Source: Eledone cirrhosa (lineage: Eukaryota). Taken from it: a DNA stretch of 64,000 bases. Both the position numbers and the translations under genes were made by a program. The notes beneath the pieces were generated by a model, which did no database searches, was not told the origin of the DNA, and worked only from the letters and a program-made list of their open reading frames with translations. This document shows positions 1-12,308 of this stretch, in pieces; the stretch's first letter is position 1, and every line of letters begins with the position of its first letter. The stretch spans positions 109,802,001-109,866,000 of the forward strand of contig OZ024741.1 in the NCBI GenBank assembly GCA_964016885.1, written 5' to 3'.

Positions 1-92
1 AGTTTTCAACTTGGGTGTTCAGCAACCATTTTCAAAAGGCTTGCTGAACACACAAGTTGAAAAATACTTGGTGCCGCGGTCGGGATTTTACA
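1..92. repeat. Decayed fold-back HHR element, same family as 36812-37030
   Basis: TTGAAAA-(G)GCTTGCTGAACACACAAG-GAAA on both strands as an imperfect palindrome; shares CGGTC..GATTTTACAT with 36812-36950. Confidence 0.5.
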
Positions 93-159
93 TATATATG
101 TATAAATATATATACACATATATATGTTTAAATATATATACACACACACATATATATAC

Positions 160-609
160 CGAGGATCCTCAAGGGTTAAATGAGATACTGAATGAACAGT
201 ACAAATGTGTTTTCACACCACCAATGAGGCACATGCAAATAACAAAGCCAGGGGAATTATTTGATGCCACAGCACCACACGGAGAAATGGCGACCATCAA
301 CCACATAGATACAACGAAGGAAGATGTAATATCAGCCATAGAAGAAATGAGAGCAAACTCAGCTGTTGGACCTGATGAATTCCCAGCAATCCCCTAAAAA
401 CATGCAAGCATGCTTTAGCAAAGCCGCTGAAGATCCTCTTCAAAAAGTATATGGCTAGCAGTAAACTAACCAGAGAGCTAAAAGAAGGCATAACATGCCC
501 TATCCATAACTGAGGAAGCTGAGCAGAGGCTAAATCTACAGACCGGTCTTCCTGACCTCATATATCACTAAGGTTATGGGACGAATCATCAGAAAGAAAC
601 TGATCGCAT
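160..609 (+). pseudogene. LINE ORF2 fragment (pre-RT/RT N-terminus), CR1-group-like, disrupted
   Basis: LNEQYKCVFT...SAVGPDEFPAI / LAKPL..LF / RPV.LTS..KVM motifs with frameshifts. Confidence 0.8.
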
Positions 610-887
610 TTGTTGCTGCCCCCCCCCACCTGCCCTTATTTACGCTTCGCCTCGTGCTGTGAGTTCATCGTGTATCTTGATCACCAGAATGTTCAGATGC
701 TTCTTAAAAACGTCTACATACACACCATGTATATCTCACAGATGTTTTGGCAGCCTATTAAAAAGCTGGTGTCCCTTAAACCCCAGGCTATTGTAGTACG
801 TGATTCTGATTCTTGAAGCGAGGGATGGTGTCCTGTTCGTAGGTTGGTTCTGAATTCAATGCCGAAGTTAGGATCTTCAATACCGAA
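610..887 (-). pseudogene. LINE ORF2 C-terminal fragment in the opposite orientation
   Basis: Minus strand reads NSLGFKGHQLFNRLPKHL*DIHG...FKKHLN, typical of CR1-like ORF2 ends. Confidence 0.65.
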
Positions 888-1039
888 GTAGAGTTTAAAT
901 ATTAATGTATTATGTGTAAATATTTAGTCTTGACTCTGGAGTTTCACCTGCGCAAGTGAAATTCCAGATGAACAGGACACTATTTAGCAATAATAAATGA
1001 CTATATGCGTGTATCTATAAATTAATTGCTCTGTGGTGA

Positions 1040-1092
1040 GTCTTGTTACTCTGGAGTTCCACCTGCGAACTCACTGGATCATCAAACAAGAC
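1040..1092 (-). ncRNA. Decayed type I HHR (snap-back sister copy at 927-978)
   Basis: Stem I GTCTTGT/ACAAGAC, TTGATGA, TCC..GGT, GGAA-CTCcaGAG-TA; the sister copy has GAAA. Confidence 0.5.
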
Positions 1093-1118
1093 ATACATGA
1101 TATGATATGATATGATAT

Positions 1119-1216
<98 letters not shown>

Positions 1217-1217
<1 letters not shown>

Positions 1218-2268
1218 TAGCCGCATTACCCACGCCTTGCTGCGTTTCACACATTTTTTTTTTTTTGTAAGAAAATGATGATTGATTTTAAATCAGTGAT
1301 ATAATGATGTATGGAGAAAATCTCTGCATTTCAATATTACTCAATGTAATATGTAATGCATGAAAAATTGGAAAACATTATTTTTTGTAATATATCAAAT
1401 CAAAATTATATTATTAAATCTTATTCTTATTTTGTTTCTTGTAAATAATTTTTTTCAAAATATCAATTCAAAACTTGATCATTTCATTTTTGTGTAAAGC
1501 ATTATTTTCAAATTAGAAATTTAAAGTTTAATTATTTATTTTTTAACATAATGAATACATGAAAATATATTTCATACTTTGTCCTAACGAAGAACTTCAG
1601 AGTAAACAATATTTTTTGTATTTCTTTGATTGGCTAAAATGTAGAGATTTATTGAAGTTCCAGTCCTTCAAACAGCCACATAAAACATGCCATGACTGAA
1701 ACATGGGTGTGTCAGATATATACCAATAGTTTTGAAAGTTTGACCTTGACTCTTATTGATGCTCATGGCAAAGCATGGCCTCACTGGGAACTGCAGCCTC
1801 TTAAATGTAAAAGGCAACTCGCTATCTCTTGGTATAAGTGGAATCCTGAGAATGAGAAGAGCTTGACCTTTGTAAGTCCCGAATATTATGGTTGCTTCAG
1901 TCAAGTTCTCGTGCAATCTTGTTCCATTTATTGGCCAACATTTTCTCTATAGGGGGTTTAACCCCCATTAGGGTGTCTTAATATTATTGAAATTTGCTGA
2001 AATTTTGTGAATAGGCATCATATCTTGTCATTTACCTATGGTTTAATTTTCATATAAATCGAAGGGAAAAAATTTTCAGCGGGAGTTTGTGTCCCGGGGA
2101 ACCCTTTGATTAAAATAAAATATACTTATCCAAGTACCCTGGGCAATGTAGTTTCAGAATATATATGGTTATGGGGATCTATCTCCAACACCATAGGAGT
2201 TCGTGAACAAACAAACAAACAAGCAGACAGGAACTACAACCATTAATATTTGTCTATTTGTTCACACT

Positions 2269-2290
<22 letters not shown>
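1217..2290 (-). mobile_element. Non-autonomous Helitron carrying a PIF1-type helicase fragment
   Basis: ORF 1668-1916 FKRLQFPVRPCFAMSINKSQGQT..FSHG; CTAG-T end at 1217 after a GC-rich subterminal segment; 5' end approximate. Confidence 0.85.
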
Positions 2291-2301
<11 letters not shown>

Positions 2302-2717
2302 GTAATTACGAAAAGGAAAAAAGATAAACGTGACAGGAAAACGACGTAGTACAATGAAAATATATATTAGTTAAAGACTTGATATAGGGGGAATAGAGAC
2401 TCAACCTACTGTCGTAACTCCATCAGGAAAAAGAATGCGAAATAAAAGAAGAAATAGAAAGATAGAGAAGAATGAAAAGATGAAGAAACGGAAATTGTTT
2501 GTTTCTCTTTGTGAGAAAGCACGCATGTGTGTAACTATCCATTCATATATATATATATATATAATCATTGCCTACACGTAGTCGTTCATCTTACTGATTA
2601 ACGTATGTGTGCACTCTGAGTTATAGGTTTGTATTTCTAAAGTACAGAACTTGTAATATCAGTGAGTGAGTAACGGACGGTCGGATTTGTACCGACTCTC
2701 TTCGACTAGCTTGGTAT

Positions 2718-2786
<69 letters not shown>

Positions 2787-2876
2787 TGCAGAGGTTATAT
2801 TTAATTTGTTGGGATTCAACAAGCTTCAACATTTTTATAACATATAAAGCACTCAACAGTTAAGTGGAGTAAATAC

Positions 2877-3343
<467 letters not shown>

Positions 3344-3681
3344 CTGGGCTGGGTATTTAAGTGTACTACTTTAAATAGAATCATATATTATCTGAATTTA
3401 ACGAAGTACCATTCCTAGTTTTCCTCCTCATCCACGAGTGTATATCTCCCTCTCTCTCTCTCTCTCTCACTATATATATATGTATATTGGTATATATATA
3501 TCAGAGCGAACATCACGGACGCTCTATCTCAAAATTATTTTTGAAAAGCATTAGAAATGCGCAACCGGTAAAACTTAAAACCAAAACTGAATACTAACTA
3601 ATACTATTACTAATTCTCACTTATTCCTAATTAAACTATTTTTCACTGTGAACAATTTGTCAGCATTTTCTATTCCGTTTA

Positions 3682-3718
<37 letters not shown>

Positions 3719-3727
3719 AAGTTTGTC

Positions 3728-3793
3728 CTCATCAGTGACCATCCAACCGTCGTAGGCATTTCGTCGCATTAAAGGCCATATACCTCAGGTTGG
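3728..3793 (-). ncRNA. Candidate non-circularly permuted HHR
   Basis: CCAACC-TGA-GGTAT-A-TGGCC-tttaatgcgac-GAA-ATGCC-tacGAc-GGTTGG-at-GGTCA-CTGATGA-G. Confidence 0.7.
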
Positions 3794-4349
3794 TGCGAGC
3801 AACGGCTAAAATAAAGTCGGTGGGACACGTAAATAAAGGGGACGCTAGGGTAAACAAACAAAATGGTTTAAGCAGCAGAAAGTGGTGAAGAAGGAAACAA
3901 GTCCCAGATTTCTATGAATATAAATTCGGTGGAATCGTGAACGAGAGAATAAAGACCATCAAACCTGGTTGAAATGTGAGCAAGGAAAGAATTTCGCACA
4001 GGTCTAATGGGAGGAAGAAGGGGTCTGGTCTGCGAATTCGGTAAACATAAGTTCTGTGAAGTCGCAGACGAGAGAGAGAGAGAAAAAAATTCATACCGGC
4101 TTGGCCAAGTGCCCGCGAGAAAAGGATTACGGACAGGTCAAACGGGAAGAAATGGGAGGAGGAGAGGTAGTGACAGAGAGTGAGTGAGTGAAAGGTGAGG
4201 AAGAGGCTAACAGAGAGAGAGACTGCTAGAAAGGGTAGAGACACAAAGAACGAAACAGACTGGTGGCAGCGGAGGAAAAAATATATGTGTAAATATGATA
4301 ATAATGGAGCTGCGGCGCTGCAAATGGGTTACATATGAAAAAGTTTGTC

Positions 4350-4415
4350 CTCATCAGCGGCCATCCAACCGTCGTAGGCATTTCGTCGCATTAAAGGCCA
4401 TATACCTCAGGTTGG
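4350..4415 (-). ncRNA. Candidate non-circularly permuted HHR
   Basis: As 3728-3793; stem I TGGCC/GGCCG. Confidence 0.7.
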
Positions 4416-4933
4416 TGCGAGCAACGGCTAAAAAAAAGTCGGTGGGGCACGTAAATAAAGGGGACGCTAGGGTAAACAAACAAAATGGTTTAAGCAGCAG
4501 AAAGTGATGAAGAAGGAAACAAGTCCCAGATTTCTATGAATATAAATTCGGTGGAATCGTGAACGAGAGAATAAAGACCATCAAACCTGGTTGAAATGTG
4601 AGCAAGGAAGGAATTTCGCACAGGTCTAACGGGAGGAAGAAGGGGTCTGGTCTGCGAATTCGGTAAACATAAGTTCTGTGAAGTCGCAGACGAGCAGACC
4701 AGACCCCTTCTTCCTCCCGTTAGACCTGTGCGAAATTCCTTCCTTGCTCACATTTCAACCATGTTTGATGGTCTTTATTCTCTCGTTCACGATTCCACCG
4801 AATTTATATTCATAGAAATCCGGGACTTGTTTCCTTTTTCATCACTTTCTGCTGCTTAAACCATTTTGTTTGTTTACCCTAGCGTCCCCTTTATTTACGT
4901 GTCCCACCGACTTTTTTTTAGCCGTTGCTCGCA

Positions 4934-4999
4934 CCAACCTGAGGTATATGGCCTTTAATGCGACGAAATGCCTACGACGGTTGGATGGCCACTGATGAG
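4934..4999 (+). ncRNA. Candidate non-circularly permuted HHR, predicted cleavage after 4948 (AUA)
   Basis: Stem III 4943-47/4968-72, stem I 4949-53/4987-91, GAA 4965-67, CTGATGA 4992-98, outer helix 4934-39/4979-84. Confidence 0.75.
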
Positions 5000-5124
5000 G
5001 CAAACTTTTTCATATGTAACCCATTTGCAGCGCCGCAGCTCCATTATTATCATATTTACATATATATATACATATATATATATACCAATATAAATATATA
5101 TTTGCATACATATATGTGTGTGTT

Positions 5125-5164
<40 letters not shown>

Positions 5165-5233
5165 TATATATAAACATATATATACATATAAAAGATATAT
5201 ATGAAACTATATATATGTGTTTGTGGGTGGGTG

Positions 5234-5268
<35 letters not shown>

Positions 5269-5594
5269 ATGTGCGTCTCGGTAAGTGTAGTGTTTCAGTT
5301 GAGCTTTCACTCTCTCTAACTCCCCATCCATCCGTCTTCACTTTAATACGGATTACGTTTAGATCAGGGTTGCACAACGGTAGAGGCTGGAAGTAATGTA
5401 TTAAGGATAGTGAGTGGGAGGGGGGGGGCTCTATGAACCTATGAGGGATGTTTTGTTTAGTTAGATGAAGGGTTGCATGAAATTGGTAATGGGATGAAAT
5501 AGATTTTGCGTGATGTACTAAACGTCAACCAGAGAACCCCAATAGCGCCACCACCTTTGGTGCCAGGGGTAATATTGATCTCAGTATCCTCTAT

Positions 5595-6070
5595 AGATCT
5601 TATTAACTGTCTTAGTAGAACTTATTGACATCCATAGTATATTTTATTTGAAGTCTTAGGAGAACTTATTGTCATAATAGTCGAATTTTCTGCCGATCTT
5701 ACGAGAACTTATTGACGACATTCAAAGCAGAATTTACTGGCGATCTTAAGAGAACTTATTGACAGTCATAGCAGAATTTACTGGCGATCTTAAGAGAACT
5801 TATTGGCGGTCATAGCAGAATTTTCTGGCGATCTTAAGAGAACTTATTGACAGTCATAGCAGAATTTACTGGCGATCTTAAGAGAACTTATAGGCGGTCA
5901 TAGAATGCATTGCCCGTCATAATAGGAATTACAGGCAATCTTGGAGGTTATTGACGGCCATAGAAGAATCTATTAAAGGCCATAGTAGAATTTACCATCG
6001 ATCTTATGGGAACTTATTGTCGGTCATAGTAGAATTTACCGGCGATCTTAGAACTTACTGACGGTCATAG
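5595..6070. repeat. 44-bp minisatellite with degenerate edges
   Basis: GCAGAATTTACTGGCGATCTTAAGAGAACTTATTGACAGTCATA at 5727, 5771, 5815. Confidence 0.9.
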
Positions 6071-6758
6071 AACATACACAAGCTAAAGGCGCGCAAAAAG
6101 ATAAAATAGTAAAGGACTAAAATTTATTTACCAAAATACTCAATTGTTGTCTTGGATTTGTTTCGAGTTTTTGAAAGTATTGTGACACTATATTAATATT
6201 AATTGATTGGAAGGCAAAAGAATGCGTGATAAAGAATTAACGCTTAATTCTTTATCGCGCATTGTGTGGCCTTCCAATTAATTAAAATTATCAGTTGTCG
6301 TTTTCCTTGTTGTCGTTTTTTCTTGTTGTTGTCTCTCGTATTACTGTTGTTGTTGCTTTTGTTGCTATTTTTGTTGTTGTTACTGTTGTTGTTGTTATCA
6401 TTATTATTGTCCCAAGTTTTCTGCGCAAGGCAGAGAACAGCGGAAATATAAAGGAATAACGAACTATTTTGCAATAATGTAATATTTTTCTGATTAAATT
6501 ATATAAATATATAAATATGTGTTTCTGTTTCTGTGTGTCTAGTTGGCATAAAGACAAGTCCCATTTCCTCTGCATTGTCTAAAATGGTTCTCCCACCAAA
6601 TAAATTTAGATCAATTCAAATTGGAAGAGTTCTCAGTTTTATTTGCTTCCCTGGAAATAATTGCTCCTTGAATTGCATGTATAATTTAAAATGTGAGTCA
6701 TTATTTGTATATATATATACATACACATATATATATGACATATATATATATATATGAC

Positions 6759-6810
<52 letters not shown>

Positions 6811-6811
6811 T

Positions 6812-6856
<45 letters not shown>

Positions 6857-6892
6857 TATATAATTATATTTATTATATATATATATATAATT

Positions 6893-7277
6893 ATTGTTTT
6901 AGAGTAGTGACAGTCTCACTTACTTTAATTTTCAGCAAACAGGGGAGATAAAGCTGACAGAGCTCTCTTTCGCACTTTTTGGTGCTTATCAAAGCTAACT
7001 ACTCCATCACCTGTTTGCTGAAAATGATGAACGTTTGATTCTTATAGAATTCTAGTAATAATCAGGAACTGATTATACAGAGCGGTTGCCGGTCAAGCAG
7101 AAATTGAAAATTAGAATTGGTGCTCTGAAATAGCGATATATATATGAATGTATATATAGTGTATTTTGCAATACACTGTATGCTTAATCAAAAGCATTTC
7201 GAAGACCTTACGCTATTGTTTTAGAGTAGTGACAGTCTCACTTACTTTAGTTTTCAGCAAACAGGGGAGATAAAGAT
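6893..7277 (-). mobile_element. Retrozyme-like 322-bp unit (1.2 copies) with a U3-A8 HHR at 6952-6996
   Basis: Direct repeat 6901/7223; AGCT-TTGATAA-GCAC..GTGC-GAAA-GAGAGCTCTG-TC-AGCT; 15-bp helix 6929-43/7010-24. Confidence 0.75.
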
Positions 7278-7287
7278 AATATAATAT

Positions 7288-7714
7288 AATCTGAGCTTTT
7301 CGATATTAATAATAACATTCGATTCGTTTGCAATTATGCAAACCAGCTTCATTTTTAAAGACATGTCAGTAGAATGAACCCTTCATTCTTGCTCTTGTGT
7401 TGGCATGTAAACAGAGCTGTAGGCACTAATGTTTCTGGGTATCATCCTTCATCAGTACAGCTCACTCTTCACCTGCCAACTGTCAGAGCTAGTGAAAATA
7501 TATGCTATTTTCTAAAATATACAGTGACTGATCGGCCAGTGCGCTGTACTGATGAAGGGTGATACCCAGAAACATTAGTGCCTAGAGTTCTGTTTACATG
7601 CCAACACAAGAGCAAGAATGAAATGTTCATTCTACTGACATGGCTTTAAAAATGAGGCTAGTTTGTATAATTGCGAACGAATCGAATGTTATTAATATTC
7701 GAAAAACTCAGATT
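7288..7714. mobile_element. Fold-back with an HHR-like motif in each arm (7414-7463 minus, 7543-7588 plus)
   Basis: ~175-bp inverted arms; GAGCTGTA-CTGATGA-AGGrTGATACCCA-GAAA-CATTAGTG-CC-TACAGCTC; C instead of U at 16.1. Confidence 0.7.
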
Positions 7715-7764
7715 ACACTTATGGTATTCAGCCATGTAGAGCGAAAATCTTTTTTTTATTATAT

Positions 7765-7843
<79 letters not shown>

Positions 7844-7891
7844 ATTAAAATTATGTTTTAAGTATAACTTAGTTATTCTCTCTCTCTCTCA

Positions 7892-7958
<67 letters not shown>

Positions 7959-7963
<5 letters not shown>

Positions 7964-8095
7964 GGTAAACAGAAATAACAACATAATCGGTACAGTATAT
8001 GGAAGGAATATATTAGGTTAATACAAGGACGATTTATTAAGCCTTCATTACGTTTATTGATTGGTGACGCGCATTTCGCTATTGATCAGCTCAAT
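7959..8095 (-). mobile_element. PLE 3' tail with partial HHR, truncated by a SINE
   Basis: 7959-8022 matches 53923-53986; GA-GCT..AGC-GAAA-TGCGCG-TC. Confidence 0.55.
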
Positions 8096-8579
8096 TCCCG
8101 CCGAGGTTAACTTTGCCTTTCATCCTTACGGGGTCAATAAAATAAAGTATCAGTAATGTACTGGGATAATTGCTGGCCTTGTGCCAAAAGAAGAAACAAT
8201 TATTATTACTATCAGTTGACAGCAAGAAAACAATCCCCACAACGTTGTTATGGTTTTATGGTTGGTGCTGTTGTTGTTGCTATCGTTGCTATTATTCTCG
8301 TTCTTGCTGCTGCTGGTGTTGCTGTTGTTGTTGTCGTTATTGTTCTTGATACTTCTATTGCTGTTGCTATACTTGCTGCTGATATTGTTGCTGTTGCTCC
8401 TGTTGTTCTGGCTGCTGATGATGCCGTTGTTGTTCTTGTAAAAATGTTCCGCTCCATCGCCCCAGTGACTTTCTTGGTCAGGTCAGTCTGTTTTATCAAA
8501 GTGACCATCTATAACTTGACTATCTAGTGGTCAGCAAAGAAACTGTTACAACTACTATTACTACTGATGATGATGATGA

Positions 8580-8772
8580 TAATTGTTTCTTCTTTTGGCA
8601 CAAGGCCAACAATTATCTCAGTGTATTACTGGTATTTTATTTTATCGACCCCGTAAAAATGAAAGGCAAAGTTAACCTCGGCGAGATTTGAACTCAGATC
8701 ATAAAGGGAAGTAACTCTGTGCTTCAAAGCATGGCGTCCGACCCTCTACCAATACTGCCAATCCACCGCCCT
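8580..8772 (-). mobile_element. tRNA-derived SINE (Nin/Deu-like core)
   Basis: GTTCAAATC B box, GCCTTTCAT..GGGGTCGATAAAATAAA.TACCAG core. Other copies ~8090-8210, 9445-9610, 13185-13380, 14075-14230, 15090-15187, 39520-39680, 39830-39970. Confidence 0.8.
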
Positions 8773-9006
8773 GATGATGATGATGATGATAATGATACTA
8801 CAACTATTATCACGTTGCTGTTGTTGTTTACCACTAGATCGGTTTTCAAAGAGAGATTTGGCAGCTATTTTTAACAGGTCGAACTAAATAACTCTCTAGC
8901 CACTATTGTTGTTGTTGTTGTTGTGGATCATTTGACCAGAGACTGACTGGAGACATAGCAGCCAGATAGATATGTAAGATATCATTGAATATTATACATA
9001 TGTATG

Positions 9007-9450
9007 TAGGACTAGAGACAGTAAAACAGCTAGACTGTACTTGGTCAGTGTATGACAGCTACCTTACATACACTGACCAAGTACAGTCTAGCTGTTTTAC
9101 TGTCTTTAGTCCTATATAGATTGAACAATTATATTAAACTATGGCCAGACAGTTATACTGTCGCTAATCGTATATACATTGACCAATTATAACTATAGCC
9201 AAACTGTGTTACAGTCTGTAGTCCCACATACACTGACCATTATAACTATGGACAGACAATGTTACTAACTCTAGTATACATACACTAACCAATAAACCCT
9301 AGCCAGACTATGTTACTGTATCTAGTCCTACATACACTAAGCAATTATAACTATGGCCAGGCTATGTTATACTCTCTAATCTGCAAACACTGGCCAATTA
9401 CACCTATAGTGTAACTCTGTCACTGTCTCTAGTCTTATATACACTCCATA
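9007..9450. repeat. ~53-bp degenerate minisatellite starting with an inverted unit
   Basis: CATACACTGACCAA..TAACTATGGCCAGAC units; hairpin 9007-9114. Confidence 0.8.
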
Positions 9451-9606
9451 AAATAAAGTACCAGTAAATTACTGGGGTCGCTATAATCGATTTTACATTT
9501 CCCACAAATTTTTGGCTGTGTGCCTTCCATCCTTACGGGATCGATAAAATAAGGTGCAAGTAATGTACTGGGTAATTGCTGGCCTTGTGCCAAAAGTATA
9601 AACAAT

Positions 9607-9660
<54 letters not shown>

Positions 9661-9944
9661 AGGAGGGAGAGAGAGAGAGAGAGATATTAACACCGATAAG
9701 CGATACAGTAGGATTTATGTCTAGCATTTATGTTTCATTGCCTTCTGTGTTTTTCTTCCTGTTTTGATATCACTATTCTTAATTATCAATCGTGAAAATC
9801 AACAGAGGAATATATCTTACTACGTTCACGACAAATTTTTATATATATATTTGTGTATATATATATGTGTGTGTGTGTGTGGGTGTGTGTGGGTGTGGGT
9901 GGGTGGGTGTGTGTGGGTGTGTGGGTGTGTGGGTGTGGGTGTGT

Positions 9945-10049
<105 letters not shown>

Positions 10050-10189
10050 TTTTTTAACTGAGAAGCTTCATCGTATATTTAACTGAAAAATAATCAAAAG
10101 TCTTGCCTATTGACAGTGTCAAAATTATCTTGAGGCGGTGGAGATAGATTGCTCACACCCTCTAAATACCTGGCTTTTGTACCACAAGG

Positions 10190-10385
10190 CACGCCCTGAC
10201 ATGGAACCCACAGGGAGAAAACCAAATGAGGAATGACTAGAAATAACTGTCATCATGATCTGGAGGCACAGACAAAGAAGTTGGAACATACTTGGGGACT
10301 GTTTTAGTGACTATCCCAGGACGACCATCATGGCTGGGGAAAACTTGTTGGTGGTCTGTGCTCCAGAGGCAACCCACAAGGCAAA
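10190..10385 (+). mobile_element. RTE-like LINE 3' remnant
   Basis: RHALTWNP.G...HTWG...LVGGLCS motif; similar piece at ~10570-10725. Confidence 0.55.
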
Positions 10386-11418
10386 GCTAAATAACTAACT
10401 AATCTAATTATATTGTGTAAACTGATTACCGGGGTATCTAAGAGAAGAAACTGAACCATAATAGATTATAATTCAACTAATCTAATAATGAAATTATTCA
10501 GAGTCAAGGGAAATGGATTGATCCCCCCACCAATTGCCTGCATCTGGTAGCACAAGGCAAGATCTGACCTGGAGACCACAGGGGATGAGGAAGTCCTAGA
10601 AATACCTGATACTGTAAGGTAGCGGTATAACCAGAAAGATTGGAACATTCCTAGGCACAGTTGGAGAAACTATCGGAGGACTGTGAAGGTTGGAGGAAAC
10701 TTGTCGCCGGCCTATTGTTGGTTTAGACAAGTGGGTGATTTCTAATAGTTATAATGCTAAACTGATAGTCTGTTATACTTTCTTTTTCATGAAAATTAAT
10801 ACGTATTTGATAAGTGTGATATTTTAATTAGTACAAAATGTAAGGGAACAAATTTTCCGTTTCAAATTTTCCTTAAGTCCGTTTTGAGTTTTGCTAAATT
10901 ACACTTTTCCCATTTTATTCTATTTCATGGGCAAATTGCAATGAATTATATTATAAATATTATTAAAACAGGGTCAAATTAACAAATTTTGGGGGAAGTA
11001 TTGGTGACGGGAGATGTTCTGCTGTGGATCCTAGAAAAGTAGTTTGCCGCCCACATGCGGCTCTCGAGCCGCGTGTTTGGATCGCTTGATCTAAACACTT
11101 TACTAAACACATTACTAAACACTTTTAATGTAGCATTAATATAAGGTTCTACATAATTTTGATGGGGATTCAGTTTTATCGAGGTGCTTTATAAGCTGAC
11201 ACGTTTCGGATGAGCTGTCATGTGTTCGCCTCTAAACTGGGTTAATCACCTCACAGCCTCGATTTCATATTAATTGCTACTGACACCAGCAGATATGAGC
11301 AGGTTTTGCTATACACACACATACACGCACCCATTGCCATTCGCACAGTCACACACTATAAACATATTCATTATTCATACACACATTCATAATACACACG
11401 TAGACACAGACACAAATG

Positions 11419-11543
<125 letters not shown>

Positions 11544-12232
11544 TTATGTCTGTATGTATATATGTATGTATATATATATATGTCAGGTCGCTCTTGAGTG
11601 CTACTAGTAACATGTAACCCAGTACAACCTGTCACATGATCGGGTCGTCGGCGACTATACCGGCAACCCCACCAAGCTTGCTTGGCGAGGAGGGTGATAT
11701 TTGGACACTCTGCAGGATGAAATACAAGACACGGCAAAAGACGGGGGAACTTAGCAGAGTGAACGGCTATCCAAATAGTACTTTTTTTTTCACCTGGGAG
11801 TGAAAGGCCCCCAGTTGTTGTCACAACACCTTTCTAGGAGAGGGAAACTCAGAAAAAATACCTGCGGCTTCGGAAGCATCCAATTATGTTGGCCAATTCT
11901 CTTTTTTGGGGTAATGTTCGATGCTCAGAGAGTGGGATTGGTCGAGTGCAAGGACATTCCCCACTTAAAAAACATTCAAAGCATAGGCATTGCTTTTTCA
12001 GGATATGTTACAGGGTTGTGTGACTGGCCGTACCCTCAAAGTGCACCAAACTCTATAATCCTCCAAACAATTGCAGTACTCTTAGCAGAGTTTGCAGCCA
12101 TCATATATGTATATATATATATATATATATAGTAATAATAATAAATTTGAAGACTAAAATCCAAAGAGGGCTCGATAAGGATAAATATATATCAAATATA
12201 TAAGAACCGTAGAGCAAATATTTATTAAAATA

Positions 12233-12308
12233 ACAGATTAAAGTTTAAGCAAAGAATCGCTGCTTTCACCCTTAACGGGATCTTCTGAAACTAACAAAGT
12301 CAATCTGT
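12233..12308 (-). ncRNA. Type I HHR variant, core CAGAAGA (U4A); identical core at 32140-32190
   Basis: AGTTT-CAGAAGA-TCCC..GGGT-GAA-AGCAG..TTGCT-T-AAACT plus distal ACAGATT/AATCTGT helix. Confidence 0.65.

Larger units (their letters stand above)
3715..5056. mobile_element. Non-coding 622-bp-unit element: ~1.6 tandem units then an inverted partial unit, in (TA)n
   Basis: Direct repeat 3715 vs 4337; orientation switches near 4693; three permuted-HHR motifs. Confidence 0.85.

Noticed and set aside
160-887. Twin-priming inversion of one LINE
   Set aside because: The 3' end points inward, which is the wrong geometry; more likely two fragments or a later rearrangement
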